Origin: Rhynchobatus australiae
Lineage: Eukaryota
Direction: 5' to 3'
DNA length: 64,000 nucleotides
NCBI GenBank assembly: GCA_034780895.1
Contig: JAUZTB010000002.1
Coordinates: 68,686,663-68,750,662, forward strand
Position numbers and translations under genes: made by a program. Position 1 is the stretch's first letter, and every line of letters starts with the position of its first letter. A model generated the notes under the pieces. It saw only the letters and a program-made list of their open reading frames with translations, ran no database searches and was not told the DNA's origin. Positions 1-11,972 of this stretch are shown here, piece after piece.

Positions 1-312
1 TCGCGGCTTGGAGGAAAACCCCTCCAGCCTCTGCAGTCTCTCCTCATAGATGGGACAGCCTTGAGATTTCAGCTACCAGTCCTGACGTTAGCTAATCGTG
101 CTGGGCTGGGCTCCTTCTCAAACCCTGTGCGTTAGAGCTCAGTTTTTAACCTCAGCTCACTTGGTGCAGTGAATGATGTCTGTTGCTCTCGCTGTGGAGG
201 CTGAAATTCTCAGCGAAAAGCATTAAGCAAACAAAATTGAACCTAAAGAGTGGGAACTGCTTACTTCATTAGCTAATTTTTGGGTGTTTTCACTATTTTT
301 GAAGTAAATTTT

Positions 313-490
313 TGATGTACCAGCATGACTTTTTAAGAAGAGGTTTGGACAGGTATATGGATAAGAAAGGGTTAGAGGGTTACAGGTCAAAAGGAGGAAA
401 TTGGAACTAGCTGGGTGGGCATCTTGTCCAGCATGGACTTGTTGGGCCAAATGGCCTGTATATGTGTGATATTTCTCTATGACTCTAAGA
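313..490 (+). mobile_element. CR1/HER1-type LINE 3' end fragment
   Basis: tttaagaagaggtttggacaggtatatggata...gggccaaatggcctgt...ctatgactct tail; same tail on - strand at 16525-16820. Confidence 0.8.
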
Positions 491-519
491 TTTCAGACAC
501 TTTTTTTTCAAATCTCCCC

Positions 520-790
520 CTAGATCTCTAAAAGCAATTTTATACAAGTTTATCTTCAATCATGCTGCACATTCTTGTATATTTCCTGTGTCCCCTCTGA
601 GTTCTTGGCATTCTCATTAAGTTATAATGCCCAGAATAGGACACAGTATTACAACTGGGTGGTAGCCAGGCATTTATAAAATGTAGGTATAATTTCCTTG
701 CTTTGCACTCTGTACTTCTGTTTATAAAGCCAAAATTCTTGAATGCTATTTTAGTAGCCTTTTTAACTTGCCCTTCATACAGCCTCTGGT
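520..790 (-). mobile_element. Decayed CR1 ORF2 fragment
   Basis: gcccagaataggacacagtattacaactgg is the reverse complement of the LEYCVQFW-coding motif of CR1 ORF2. Confidence 0.55.
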
Positions 791-1056
791 CTTTTTATTC
801 CTGTTTTAATGAAAACAACTCCTCTTTGCACCTCTTTTAATGAAAAAATTCCATTTAACTGTGTAGGATAGCTATTCTATCCAATTTTCAATGAGAGAAT
901 TAAAGGGAATTTTAGAAAATCGATTGTTAATTATATGGATATTACTCCTGAACCAATAAAATTTGTACTTTGCTACATTGTTACTGGCTTTGTGGTGTAT
1001 GACAGCAATATATTACAGACAAACCAAATTTAAATTAATGTGTTTTGATTATCAGC

Positions 1057-1700
1057 CAGGGCTCAGTTATTTAGTTCTCTAGTCAGTAGATGGTGGGTAC
1101 AAGCACCCCTCCAGGAATTTGAGCACAAAAATCTGATTCAAGATATTTATTTATTAGTCACTGTACATTGAAACACAATGAAATACATCTTTTTGTGTTA
1201 CTGAGAATGTGCTGGGGGCAGCCCGCAAGTGTTGCTACTCTTCCGGCGCCAATGTAGCATGCCCACAACTCCTAACCCGTACATCTTTGGAATGAGGGAG
1301 GAAACCTGGGCACCTGGAAGAAACCCACGCAGACATGGGGAGAATGTACAAACTCAGAAACAGCGGTGGGGCTAACTAGTGCAATTTTCAGTGAGTGCTG
1401 CACTGCTTGAGATGACATCATTAGGATGAGAGGGTAAACCAATGGCTATCTGCTTCCTCAGCAGAATGTTAAAGATCCCATGACACTATTTTGAAGAAGA
1501 GTTATTACATGATTTATATACATATCAATAAGCATCATTAAAATGGATCATCATACCCCATTGCTATATGAGAGCTTGTTGTATGCAAATTGGCTGCTGT
1601 TTCCCACATAACCTGGTGACTGCATTTCAAACTTATTTGGTTGGGTGTAGTACACTTGGGATCATCAGAGTTAATGGAAGAAAGTCGGTAATGGAAGTGT
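1057..1700 (+). mobile_element. DeuSINE (SacSINE1/AmnSINE1-like), interrupted by a younger SINE
   Basis: Collinear Deu-domain motifs ttgagcacaaaaatct, gtgctgcactg, ggatgaga...taaacc, aaagatcccatgacactattttgaagaagag, gcaaattggctgctgtttcccaca (recalled consensus). Confidence 0.75.
1139..1368 (-). mobile_element. tRNA-derived V-SINE-type element, 5'-truncated
   Basis: Reverse-complement match to the copy at 13456-13716 (gaaacccacgcagacatggggagaatgtacaaactc core; tgctgggggcagcc tail). Confidence 0.85.
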
Positions 1701-1929
1701 TAATTTTATCACTCAGATTGCTCCACTGATGTCAGTAGTGACAGTATTCTGCCCAAGAATTGTGAAGCCAGATCAAAATTGTTCGACTTGATGCTTTTAA
1801 TTCAACTGGATTGTTACAGATAATTTTAAACATCTGCCAACAATTTGCACTGATAAAACACTGTGCAATTTGGTTGTTTTGCAAAACCAACAGGATGCTT
1901 AATACAGTATAAGAATGTGCCAAAATTGA

Positions 1930-2830
1930 TATGGAGGACATGCCAGCAAGGCTAGCTGCACTTAAAATGGGGAAATTGCCTCGTTCAAATTGAAATGCAT
2001 CCTAAATTTCTGAGGGAAGGGAGGAACTTGCCATATTCTTTGGTCATGCCCATAATCTTTCAAAGTTAAATAGATTTGGGGAACTGGTAAAATCTTGTTT
2101 AGTAAAGGTGTAGGGGAACACCCATTCGACTGTTTACTATGGACACTTTTCAGAGTTGATATCAGTTTGCACTGAGGGAGCTCCTGTGCTGATAATGGAT
2201 TGACCCTAATTATTGATTCCTTTTAAGCCTAGCCAATGCCAGATAACGAAATATGGACCCATTAGTTTACCCTCAGCATTCTGCAAATTAATTGCAAACA
2301 GAATTAGCAGTTATTTGGACATGTATATTGATTAGAAAAAGCCAATACGGATTTGTTAAGACAAATCATGTTCAATGAACTGGACTTTTCTTTTATTGAA
2401 GTAACAAAGTGTCTGTGAGGGAAATGTGGTTGATGTGGTATATGTAGAATTCTAAAAGGCATTTGTCATGAGATTGAAGGTCATGGAATAAAAGGGGCTG
2501 TAGCAGCACGGGTTGAAAATTTGTCAAGAAAGAAACATAATTGCAGCGATAAGTTTTTTGGACTGGGGGCAAATGTACAGTGGATGACCCCAGGAGTTCT
2601 TGCAAAAATCATTACTTAAAATTATTGCAATGTTTTGATATTGGCTGTTTTTAGCACTAATTCTAAGCTTGCAGTTAGCACAAAACTTTGGGAGTTCTGA
2701 AGTGTTAGGAGGATGGCAAAAGACTTAAATGAGTTGTATGTATGTATAAAGAAATGGGATTGAATGCTAAAATATGAAATAGTACATTCTTGACAGGGAA
2801 AATATGAAGAAGCACTATAAATTAGACTTG
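1930..2830 (+). mobile_element. Decayed CR1 reverse transcriptase fragment
   Basis: Disrupted coding for SQYGFVK-KSC, EGNVVDVVYVEF*KAF motifs. Confidence 0.7.
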
Positions 2831-3409
2831 CAACCAATTTTCATTTTTGGGACAAAATGCATATTTNNNNNNNNNNNNNNNNNNNNNNNNNNNNNNNNNN
2901 NNNNNNNNNNNNNNNNNNNNNNNNNNNNNNNNNNNNNNNNNNNNNNNNNNNNNNNNNNNNNNNNNNNNNNNNNNNNNNNNNNNNNNNNNNNNNNNNNNNN
3001 NNNNNNNNNNNNNNNNNNNNNNNNNNNNNNNNNNNNNNNNNNNNNNNNNNNNNNNNNNNNNNNNNNNNNNNNNNNNNNNNNNNNNNNNNNNNNNNNNNNN
3101 NNNNNNNNNNNNNNNNNNNNNNNNNNNNNNNNNNNNNNNNNNNNNNNNNNNNNNNNNNNNNNNNNNNNNNNNNNNNNNNNNNNNNNNNNNNNNNNNNNNN
3201 NNNNNNNNNNNNNNNNNNNNNNNNNNNNNNNNNNNNNNNNNNNNNTTCAGGGTAGTCAGTATTGAGGCAAGGCAAGACATTGCTTGCTTTAATGCTGCAT
3301 TATCAACTGATTACATTGTGCTTTTCTTTTTGTTTCATCACAGTTTCTGTGATAACTTAGAAAATAGAAATCATCACTCTTTGTGGAATGAAATCACTGG
3401 GTTAAGTTG

Positions 3410-3541
3410 AGTCCTGATGCAGGGTTTCAACCTGAAACATCGACAATTCCTTTCTCCTCACGTGCTGCTCAACCTGATGAGTTCCTCCAGCAGACTGTAT
3501 GTTGCTCCAGATTCCAGCATCTGCAGACTCTTGTGTCTCTC
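3410..3541 (+). mobile_element. Penelope-like element terminal repeat with hammerhead-like core
   Basis: gtc-ctgatgc-agggtttcaacct-gaaac-atc-gac, then tgctgctcaacctgatgagttcctccagca...ccagcatctgcag; related copies elsewhere in window. Confidence 0.65.
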
Positions 3542-5414
3542 TTGACTATTTATAATCACTGCTTTGTGCTCTGATATCAAGATGCTTGATGTCTTCTGTA
3601 GAAACTATTGTGAATATGAAATTATCTGAAGGTTGATGGGCAGGTGAACAAGAATAAGTTGCACTGTGAATTGGATTAATGGCATTGCTCTGCTGGATGC
3701 TGGCATGGATTTGGTGAGCCAGATGGCCTCCTTTTGTCCAAGTAAGTTTGCTGCTACTCAATTTTCTGCTTTACTGCATCATTTGTGACATTTGCAGCTG
3801 ATCATAATAGGTAGTTCCCTTGTCAGTTGTGCTCAGTGTCAGCATTTTTGTCATGAGTATGTATGTAAATTGTATTGTGTAACTAATGTGTACTCGGTGT
3901 ACTTTGAAGTATTCCTGTTGTGGTTGTGTTGTAGTTTGTCATGAATTCAAAGAATCTTCAAGTCCCATCTTGCCCCCTCCCTCCCTCCCAAACTTGTTGA
4001 CTAATCTGCAGTGTTGTTATTCATTAAGTTTTTTAAAACTCTTTATGACTTCGAAATGGATTCAGTTCATGGACAAAATGGCTATGCAATTGCAGACCAC
4101 TGCTAAAACTGTTAATATTAAAAATGCTTATCCAGGAATGAAACATAAGTTACTAAATTGAGATCGGTATTATAGTTGACTTGAAAATTAGACTGTAGCT
4201 GAATCTTACAATGCTGCTCTGAACCTCCCATGGCTTTGTACAGGACTGATCACCAAAGCTTCTGCTGTCATAAATGAGTCTTGTGTTGACTGAGATGAGC
4301 TTTGTGGCTATTTTAGACATGGTATTCAGAGTGTAAATGTCTTTTTTGTGCATATTACCAGCTAAATGTTGCACCATAATAAAGGGTTGAGCAGAGTTGG
4401 AGGTACATAGAATTAGCATGATATATGACTGTATTTGTCAAAAATATTNNNNNNNNNNNNNNNNNNNNNNNNNNNNNNNNNNNNNNNNNNNNNNNNNNNN
4501 NNNNNNNNNNNNNNNNNNNNNNNNNNNNNNNNNNNNNNNNNNNNNNNNNNNNNNNNNNNNNNNNNNNNNNNNNNNNNNNNNNNNNNNNNNNNNNNNNNNN
4601 NNNNNNNNNNNNNNNNNNNNNNNNNNNNNNNNNNNNNNNNNNNNNNNNNNNNNNNNNNNNNNNNNNNNNNNNNNNNNNNNNNNNNNNNNNNNNNNNNNNN
4701 NNNNNNNNNNNNNNNNNNNNNNNNNNNNNNNNNNNNNNNNNNNNNNNNNNNNNNNNNNNNNNNNNNNNNNNNNNNNNNNNNNNNNNNNNNNNNNNNTCAA
4801 TGTCAGATTGTTGTGTGTTTTGTATTTTGCCTGTTGTCCTGCTCCCTGATCTTTTGCTGACCGTCTCCCTTACCCCAACTTCAAGACGAGCACGAGGCTG
4901 TAACTATCCTGTGTAGGCAAAATATGCTTACCAGTTCCATTTATAGATGTTAGAGAACTCTGGTGGGAGGAAGGGTGGTGAGGGAACNNNNNNNNNNNNN
5001 NNNNNNNNNNNNNNNNNNNNNNNNNNNNNNNNNNNNNNNNNNNNNNNNNNNNNNNNNNNNNNNNNNNNNNNNNNNNNNNNNNNNNNNNNNNNNNNNNNNN
5101 NNNNNNNNNNNNNNNNNAAATATATTAAGGGATTTGAGGTAAAGCTCCAATATTCCACTCTCTGATTAATCAGAAAGCCTGATGGTTTGGCATATGGCGT
5201 ACGGGTTGATGCTTCTCCATGTTCCCTTTGAACTCACCGGGGCCCTGTTTCCTGTTCTCCCTTTTAAGCTCACTTGGTTCACTGGAAAATGTACAATATT
5301 GCTGTGTATCATCTAAATAGGGAGAGTTAAAATTGTGTTGGGTTATTATTAGAAATAGTAACTAATAGTCAGCAATCTGAGTCTGACACCACTGAAGTCT
5401 TGACATTTATTGTA

Positions 5415-5698
5415 CAGGCAGTCCCCAGGTTATGTAAGCCAATTTGTCTATGAATCAGAAATGTCCATTTTCTATAGTAACCTATATTGTAGCACTCTAT
5501 ATCCACAATGTAATTTCTTTGAATAATCACTCTAATACTACCTATAATTAAGCTAATGGAATAGGTACTGTATGCAGTCATTAATGAATACCATGGAGCA
5601 TTATTAGTAGCTTGAAAAAACTTTAAATGTATATGGGAGAATTTTGTGTAATGTTGTAATTCCATAAGTCAGGTCATTTGTAACCCAGTGTGCTCCTG
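5415..5698. mobile_element. Tc1/mariner (Tigger-like) MITE
   Basis: TA-caggcagtccccaggttatg ... gtaacccagtgtgctcctg-TA; imperfect TIRs, TA target duplication, AT-rich noncoding interior. Confidence 0.7.
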
Positions 5699-8194
5699 TA
5701 CTTGTGAATTCCTTTTTGAACCTCCTAGATCAGTAAGGCCAGAGATAGCATCCTCAGACTATGTATGTCTAACTTGCCTCTGGTCTTCCTGTCTGAAAGT
5801 GTGCAACATGTGCACAGTTAAGCACAATATTGCCTGCAGTGCATCCTTTCATTTTTTAGCTTTGTCATTGGTGGCTGTGTGTTGGGTCATTAGAATGCTT
5901 GCCCTGCAAATTTCTGAAGTCAGTTTTCAACTTGTCACTATTTACCATCCTCTGAAAGCCAATACTTTTGTCCTACCTTTTGGTTATCCTTCCTGATTTT
6001 CTTTTCCCCCCTTTGGCTGACAATCCACTTTTATCTGAACATCCTTCTGTTGAGCCTTGATGTTTTTCCTTGTAAGAACTGCTGTATACATTCTAATCAT
6101 TAAAAAAAAATAGTGATCTTGGGTAATTATAATGAGGGTATGGTGGAACTGGACTATCATTTCATCTTTTTTATTTTGCTGTCTTCCAGCAAATTGGGTT
6201 TTCTTTCTCCTAAATTCTTTCCTTTCTCTTCACTGGAACAGTTTCATTGCTGTCAATGGCCATAGAAACTGCAGATGGCTAGAGTTTATTAATTGGTACT
6301 TTGAGAGTTATCTCAAAAGACCTTAATTTGGAGTACATCCAATATATCTGCTCAAAGCTCATTCACTTAATGAGAATGGCAGCTAAGCTTTTTGGATCTC
6401 ACACCCAAATCCTAACCCCCTATCTCTGTTGCTTTCCTTATTTGAACTGGGGAAGGCAGTTGCAGCACCTTCATTACTTTCCCTATTGGTAATGGTTAAC
6501 TTGATCCATAGTGCATGCTTTCTTGTTGATATATAATTTGGTGGATTTTAGCATGGTTAAGCAGGTTTGATAAAAGTATATGAAAATAACCAAATTGAAT
6601 ATTAATGTAGAATTGATGACAGTTTATGAAGTACAATTCCCAGATCAGTCCACTGGAAATACTTAATGAATTGAGCTGGAAATGAGCAAACACATATAGT
6701 TACCATTTCTGTTCTATTGAGTCCGATTATAAGAGCGCGTTTATCTCTGGAAGAGAGATGCTTCCATAATTCTTTGCTCCTTTCGATTTTCCTAAGTCAG
6801 TTAAAAAATTTACTTTTCCATTTGTTCAGTGATCTCCCCCTCCACTAGCTTTAAAAAGTAAGAATGTTTTGAGATTAAAATGGAGGGTAGATATTTAAGA
6901 ACAGCAGAACATGGAAAAAGTAATAAAGAAAACACAAATCATTCAAAAATTAGATCAAGTTGACTAGCAATAAGAAAAAAATGAAAGTAGGTTTTTGGTT
7001 GTAGTACAGTTATCAAATGTTTTTTAAGCTAGATATGAAACAGTAAGCTTAATACATAGGAAAGTATCTTAAAGAAATTGATGTTAAGCAAAAATCATTG
7101 GACAAAATTTGCTCTTCAGTGACTCTGCCTTGGGATCCAGAGTCAATNNNNNNNNNNNNNNNNNNNNNNNNNNNNNNNNNNNNNNNNNNNNNNNNNNNNN
7201 NNNNNNNNNNNNNNNNNNNNNNNNNNNNNNNNNNNNNNNNNNNNNNNGGTACCCTCTGGATTAGAATTGCAGTACAAAAGTCAACTTTCCCTCCATATTT
7301 CACAATCTTTAATGTATGAAGCAGAATATTTTTCATTGTGACATACTCATGCATTAATTTTCTCCTGATTTATCGGTCATATCATATCTGTAAAAGAGCA
7401 AATAGGTACAAGGACAGAAGTTGCTCATCTCTAAAATTCCAAAGCCTATTTTCCCTTAATTGAGAAATACTCATACTTTCTCAGGTGGGAATGAGTGACA
7501 ATAATATGAGCTGTGATCTAGATCATACTCTAGAACATACTCAAGGGATTGAATGAGCCCCTCTCTACTTTCCCATCTTGCTTTACTCAGCATTCATATC
7601 AGGCAAGGATTATAGAAATTAAAGGGAAATTTGCTCATGGTAGTTATAGCCTCCAGCTGAAAGCATCCCTAATTATTATGAATATCAACTGAAATTTTGT
7701 GGCTGAGTGTGGAATTTTGAATGGTTCATGAACCTTTTAATACTTCAGCACTGGCTCAGGAATAACGCAGTAGTTTAATTTCTCCAGTGTTGATTACAGA
7801 CATGTCCAAAGAGCACCCTCTTAACAGTCAGCCAAACATAGAGCAGCATTTTTGCTAGCTTACTTAGTTTTGGAGACAATTTTGTTTCTCCTTCCCAGTA
7901 ACATTAATGATGCATTCATTGCTACATTCAAATTAGTACTTTAACAATGCTTCATTTCTGCACTATATCTCACCATAGATGCTGAATATTTTTCCCTGAA
8001 GGATGTACTAAATTTTAGATCACATTGATCATTAAGAACATTCATTTCCTTTGTATTCTCAGAAGCTTTTTCGCTTGAATATTTCTTGCAATATGTGTGA
8101 GTCCAGTGCTAACAATGGTAACATATTCCTGCGTCGGTAGCAATGTAAGAACTTACACTTCCCCAGCAATCTTATTTTGTTTTAAGTTATTTAC

Positions 8195-8560
8195 AGTGCG
8201 AGGTTGTCATTGGCAAAGGAAGTATTCATCAATGATCTCTTAACGTCCAGGAGAAACTGCTGATGAGTTGTCTTGAATCACTTTAGTCCAAATTTGAATG
8301 GTATCCCCACTTGTACAGTGATTTTGTGAGGCTTGCTGGGCCATTTCAGAGGGACGTTGGAAGTCAGACCAAGTTTCCTTCCCTCAAGGAGACTGATCAC
8401 CTAGATGTGTTTCCCTAACAGTCCAGTGGTTTCATTAGTCGTACTGGTTTCTCATAGCCAATTACTTAATTAACCTTTTGATGAACTGAATTGCTGTAGT
8501 CTTTTAATGCAATTGAAATCAATTAAGTTTTTATTCTAAGCCGCCACAGTGGGATTTGAA
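8195..8560 (-). mobile_element. Old tRNA-derived SINE sharing a CR1-type tail
   Basis: gtgggatttgaac (B box on - strand), tttccttccctcaagga, gcttgctgggccatttcagaggg; same family on + at 47905-48190. Confidence 0.6.
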
Positions 8561-8884
8561 CATGCAACTTAAAAGTGAAACAAAGAGAAAGAAAGAATGG
8601 ATTTAAGAGAGAAAAAGACAATGGAGAAGTAAGGAAAAGAACTGAAATTGTTCCAAGATTTTAAACAATTTAGTACATGCAGAAGTGTTGCTGGAATACC
8701 AAATACCAAGTTGTTTTGAATGCATATTGGGTCCCATTGTACTTGGAAGGGAACAGTTTGCACTCAGGCAGGATGCCCACCACCCAAACTAGGATTTATT
8801 CAGCAATTATTTTTGGTTAATGAAACAACAATGAAAACTTACATCATTCCTTGCTCAATGATATGGTATTATTAGAGCAAAATA

Positions 8885-9085
8885 TTATAGATACTGAATC
8901 TGGAATTAAAAACAAAAAGTGCAGAAAATGTTCTATAGGCCTGACAGAATCTGGGGAACCAGAACCGGGGTTAACTCTTCAGGTTGCCAACCTTTCATCA
9001 GATGACCTGCATCATTACTGCAATTTTCCTCCACAGAGCTTTTCTCTTCACCTGATGAGCATTTTCAATATTTTTCTGTTTCCAT
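8885..9085. mobile_element. Inverted pair of Penelope-type terminal repeats
   Basis: - strand arm 8885-9001 with ctgatga-aaggttggcaacct-gaag core; + strand arm cctccacaga...cctgatgagcattttcaatatttttctgttt. Confidence 0.6.
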
Positions 9086-9344
9086 TCCATTTTCTTGTTG
9101 ATCAGCTGACCTACTTTTTAAGCCATCTCAAACGACAAAAATTTCACTTTATGAGAAACTACAGAGAAACCCGATCTTTTCGTGCCTACTAACCATAGGC
9201 CTGTTTGCTTCCAAAATTCCCTTCATTTAACTACACTTCCAACTATCTTAAAAAATTCTTATTTTTCTCTTAATCTTTCTTTCCCTTTATTTCTCTTTCT
9301 GGACATGATTTGTCTCAATTTCATCCAATTTCCTTCTCTATCAA

Positions 9345-9462
9345 TTAGTCATAAGAGTCATATGGCACAGAAACAGGCCTTCAGTCCACCACATCAATGC
9401 CAACCATCAGGTACCTGTCTATAATAATAATCATTTACTAGCACTTGGTCTGTAGCCTTCTC
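9345..9462 (-). mobile_element. CR1/HER1 3' tail fragment
   Basis: agagtcatatggcacagaaacaggccttcagtccacc tail motif. Confidence 0.7.
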
Positions 9463-10892
9463 GACGTCGATGTAGTATTGTCTGTTTCTTTCTCAATCGC
9501 TCACTGTGCTGTCAGGATTCAGCTGAAAGTAGTGATGCGCATATTCATTGTTTGAATATTCATAAAGGGAGCCTCATTTCTGGGGCAACAGTACATTCAT
9601 CATTAATATGGGTTTCTTTTGTTTTATTTGGCTTTTTTTAGTCCCTACTTATTTTAGACTCCAGAATAATTTATACTGAGCAGCCATTGGTATGCAAGAT
9701 CTTTGCCAAACATAACTTCGATAATGCTACATAAGAAAACAGTATTTGGGCTGCTACTTATTGGCCAAAAAAAGTGCTGTTATTTTAAAAGAAACTGTTT
9801 CCTTTGGATAACAATTAGGCAAGAATCATTGATTATTACACAATGGTTCTGATGAATCAATCAGTGACATCTGTATTTCAGCACAGTAGGAATGTTGCCA
9901 TTTACTCACCACTGCAGTATATTGCTCTGTTACGCCCTGTTCACGAAGCAGAACAAATCTAGTTGCTGCCCAATTAACCTCCTGTCAGTCATCAAAATGG
10001 CACCAGTTGTCATCAATGGTGCTGCTAACCTTTGCACAAAATGCTTAGTTTGAGTTCTGCCATTACATTTCAGACCTCATTAAAACATAATTAAATGCTT
10101 GATCCAGTAATCTGCAAAAGAACTGAATTTTAGAAATGAGGTAAGAATGACTCCTCTTGTCAAGAAAGAATGTTCTCAGTCCTCGTATTTATGGTCTGTG
10201 CACCAACTTTTCATTAGAAATATTGGTGTGAGACTTAAATAGTTGAAGATGATTGGTAGTGGAGAAAATAAGCTGGAGACATCTTGGTTGCTCCAGTTGA
10301 TCAGAATAGCAGGTAATTTCTGACACGACTGTTAGCTAGCTTTGGTAGTATTTGAAGTGACATCACTAGATCAGTTGATGAATGATTGTTGTACATCAAG
10401 TCCAAACACTTGTAATTAAGGATGTAGAGGGGAGAAAATAATGAATTTAACTGGGGTGCCATCATCAAGACACAGCATTTGCAACCACAGCCATATTACA
10501 GTAAGTGAAAAACCTAATAGTGACTTGGGTTTTTGAGTTCTGGTCACAAGAATAGATGTATAAAAGCAAGCAAAGGGCAGTGGAATTAGTTGGCAATTCA
10601 TGGAATTAGTTGGAAGTATTTTTTCCCTTAGTTCTCGAAGAATTTTTGACTTAAATCTGTCTCTTTCCACAGAATTTGCTTGATGTCCTGTTCTTAGTAC
10701 TTTCTTTCATTTAATATTTTGAGCGTCTGCAGTTTTTGTTTAAACATTACTGAAAATAAAAATAATGCTTTAGTTAAACCAAGTTATCATAAAACCATTT
10801 TTCAGTAAAGGATCGGTTTGTACTTAAGCATGTTGAATACCATAAAGTTCAAGTGTTTTGCAATTGAAAAGCAACAAGTTTGCAGATGCTGC

Positions 10893-11493
10893 TATTATAT
10901 ACCAGCAACAAAAACACACCGAGTCATGTATGAGTGTTAGAAACTATTTTATTAATAACTAATGACAATAATTAAAATGTTAAATATTAAGCATTAACCT
11001 CCAAAGCTAAACTCAATGTGTGTGGCAAATTCCCAAACTCCAGGTCCAGGAATAGTTCTCAAAGTTCAGTTCAGCAAGTCATAAAGTGAAACGTGAGCAA
11101 AGGCTTTTGCAAAACCACAGTTGACTGAAGAGAAAATGTAGAGAGAATATAAAGAGAAACTACAAATCTAAATGCTCCATGATGGAACCCATACGACACC
11201 TCAATCACTCAAGATCTCCACTGCTTTGGTCCGAAGTATCTGCCACCCCGAAAGGCATTCGAGACATGGCCGTCCACAGAAATGCCTGTTTCCTCCTACA
11301 GGTTAATGACAAAGTGGACTCCACTAGATTGCTCCAATAATCCATACATGGATTGTAGTGACAAACACAGTTATTGTTCTTAATCCATTGATGCCCTCTC
11401 ACCCTCATCTTGTTGCTGTGATGACACAACACACACCACTACTCTACTATATTTTAAAGGGACATTCACCAAATAGCAACCTGATCCATAACA
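10893..11493 (-). mobile_element. Solo LTR (Gypsy- or ERV-like), 601 bp, with 4-bp TSD ctgc
   Basis: ctgc|tattat...ataaca|ctgc; termini are one mismatch from TGTTAT/ATAACA; AATAAA on - strand at 10948-10953; splits a Penelope-type repeat. Confidence 0.75.
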
Positions 11494-11816
11494 CTGCTAA
11501 TCTGAAATAAAAATGCAGACTTCTAGAAATCAGTGATGTCATTGATCTGAAATGTTGATTGAGGTGTTATATGTGAATGTCAGCCTAGCGAATTCGATGC
11601 AGAATGCTCTCCTTTAATTGTTGCCCAGCAATTCTGTTGAAAGTTCCTATTTAACAATATTGTGATAGCATAAACACCCCTAACGGCAGCATTTCAAGAA
11701 GGTGATTCATCAACTAAGTTAAAGTCAAGTTTATTGTCATATGAACAAGTACATGATGCATGGGTGCAATGCAAAACCTTATTGCAGCAGCATCACAAGG
11801 ACATAATATCAGATAA

Positions 11817-11972
11817 GGTGAGGATCTGGAGGACTGGAGAGTGACCAATGTGGTCCCATTGTTTAAAAAGGGTAGCAAATAAAAGTCAGGAAACTACATG
11901 CCAGTGAGTCTGACATCAGTGGTGGGTAAATTGCTGAAGGAGATTCTGAGGATAGGATCTACCAACATTTCT
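11817..11972 (+). mobile_element. CR1 ORF2 internal fragment
   Basis: Translates to EDWRVTNVVPLFKKGSK*KSGNYMPVSLTSVVGKLLKEILRDRIYQH. Confidence 0.85.
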
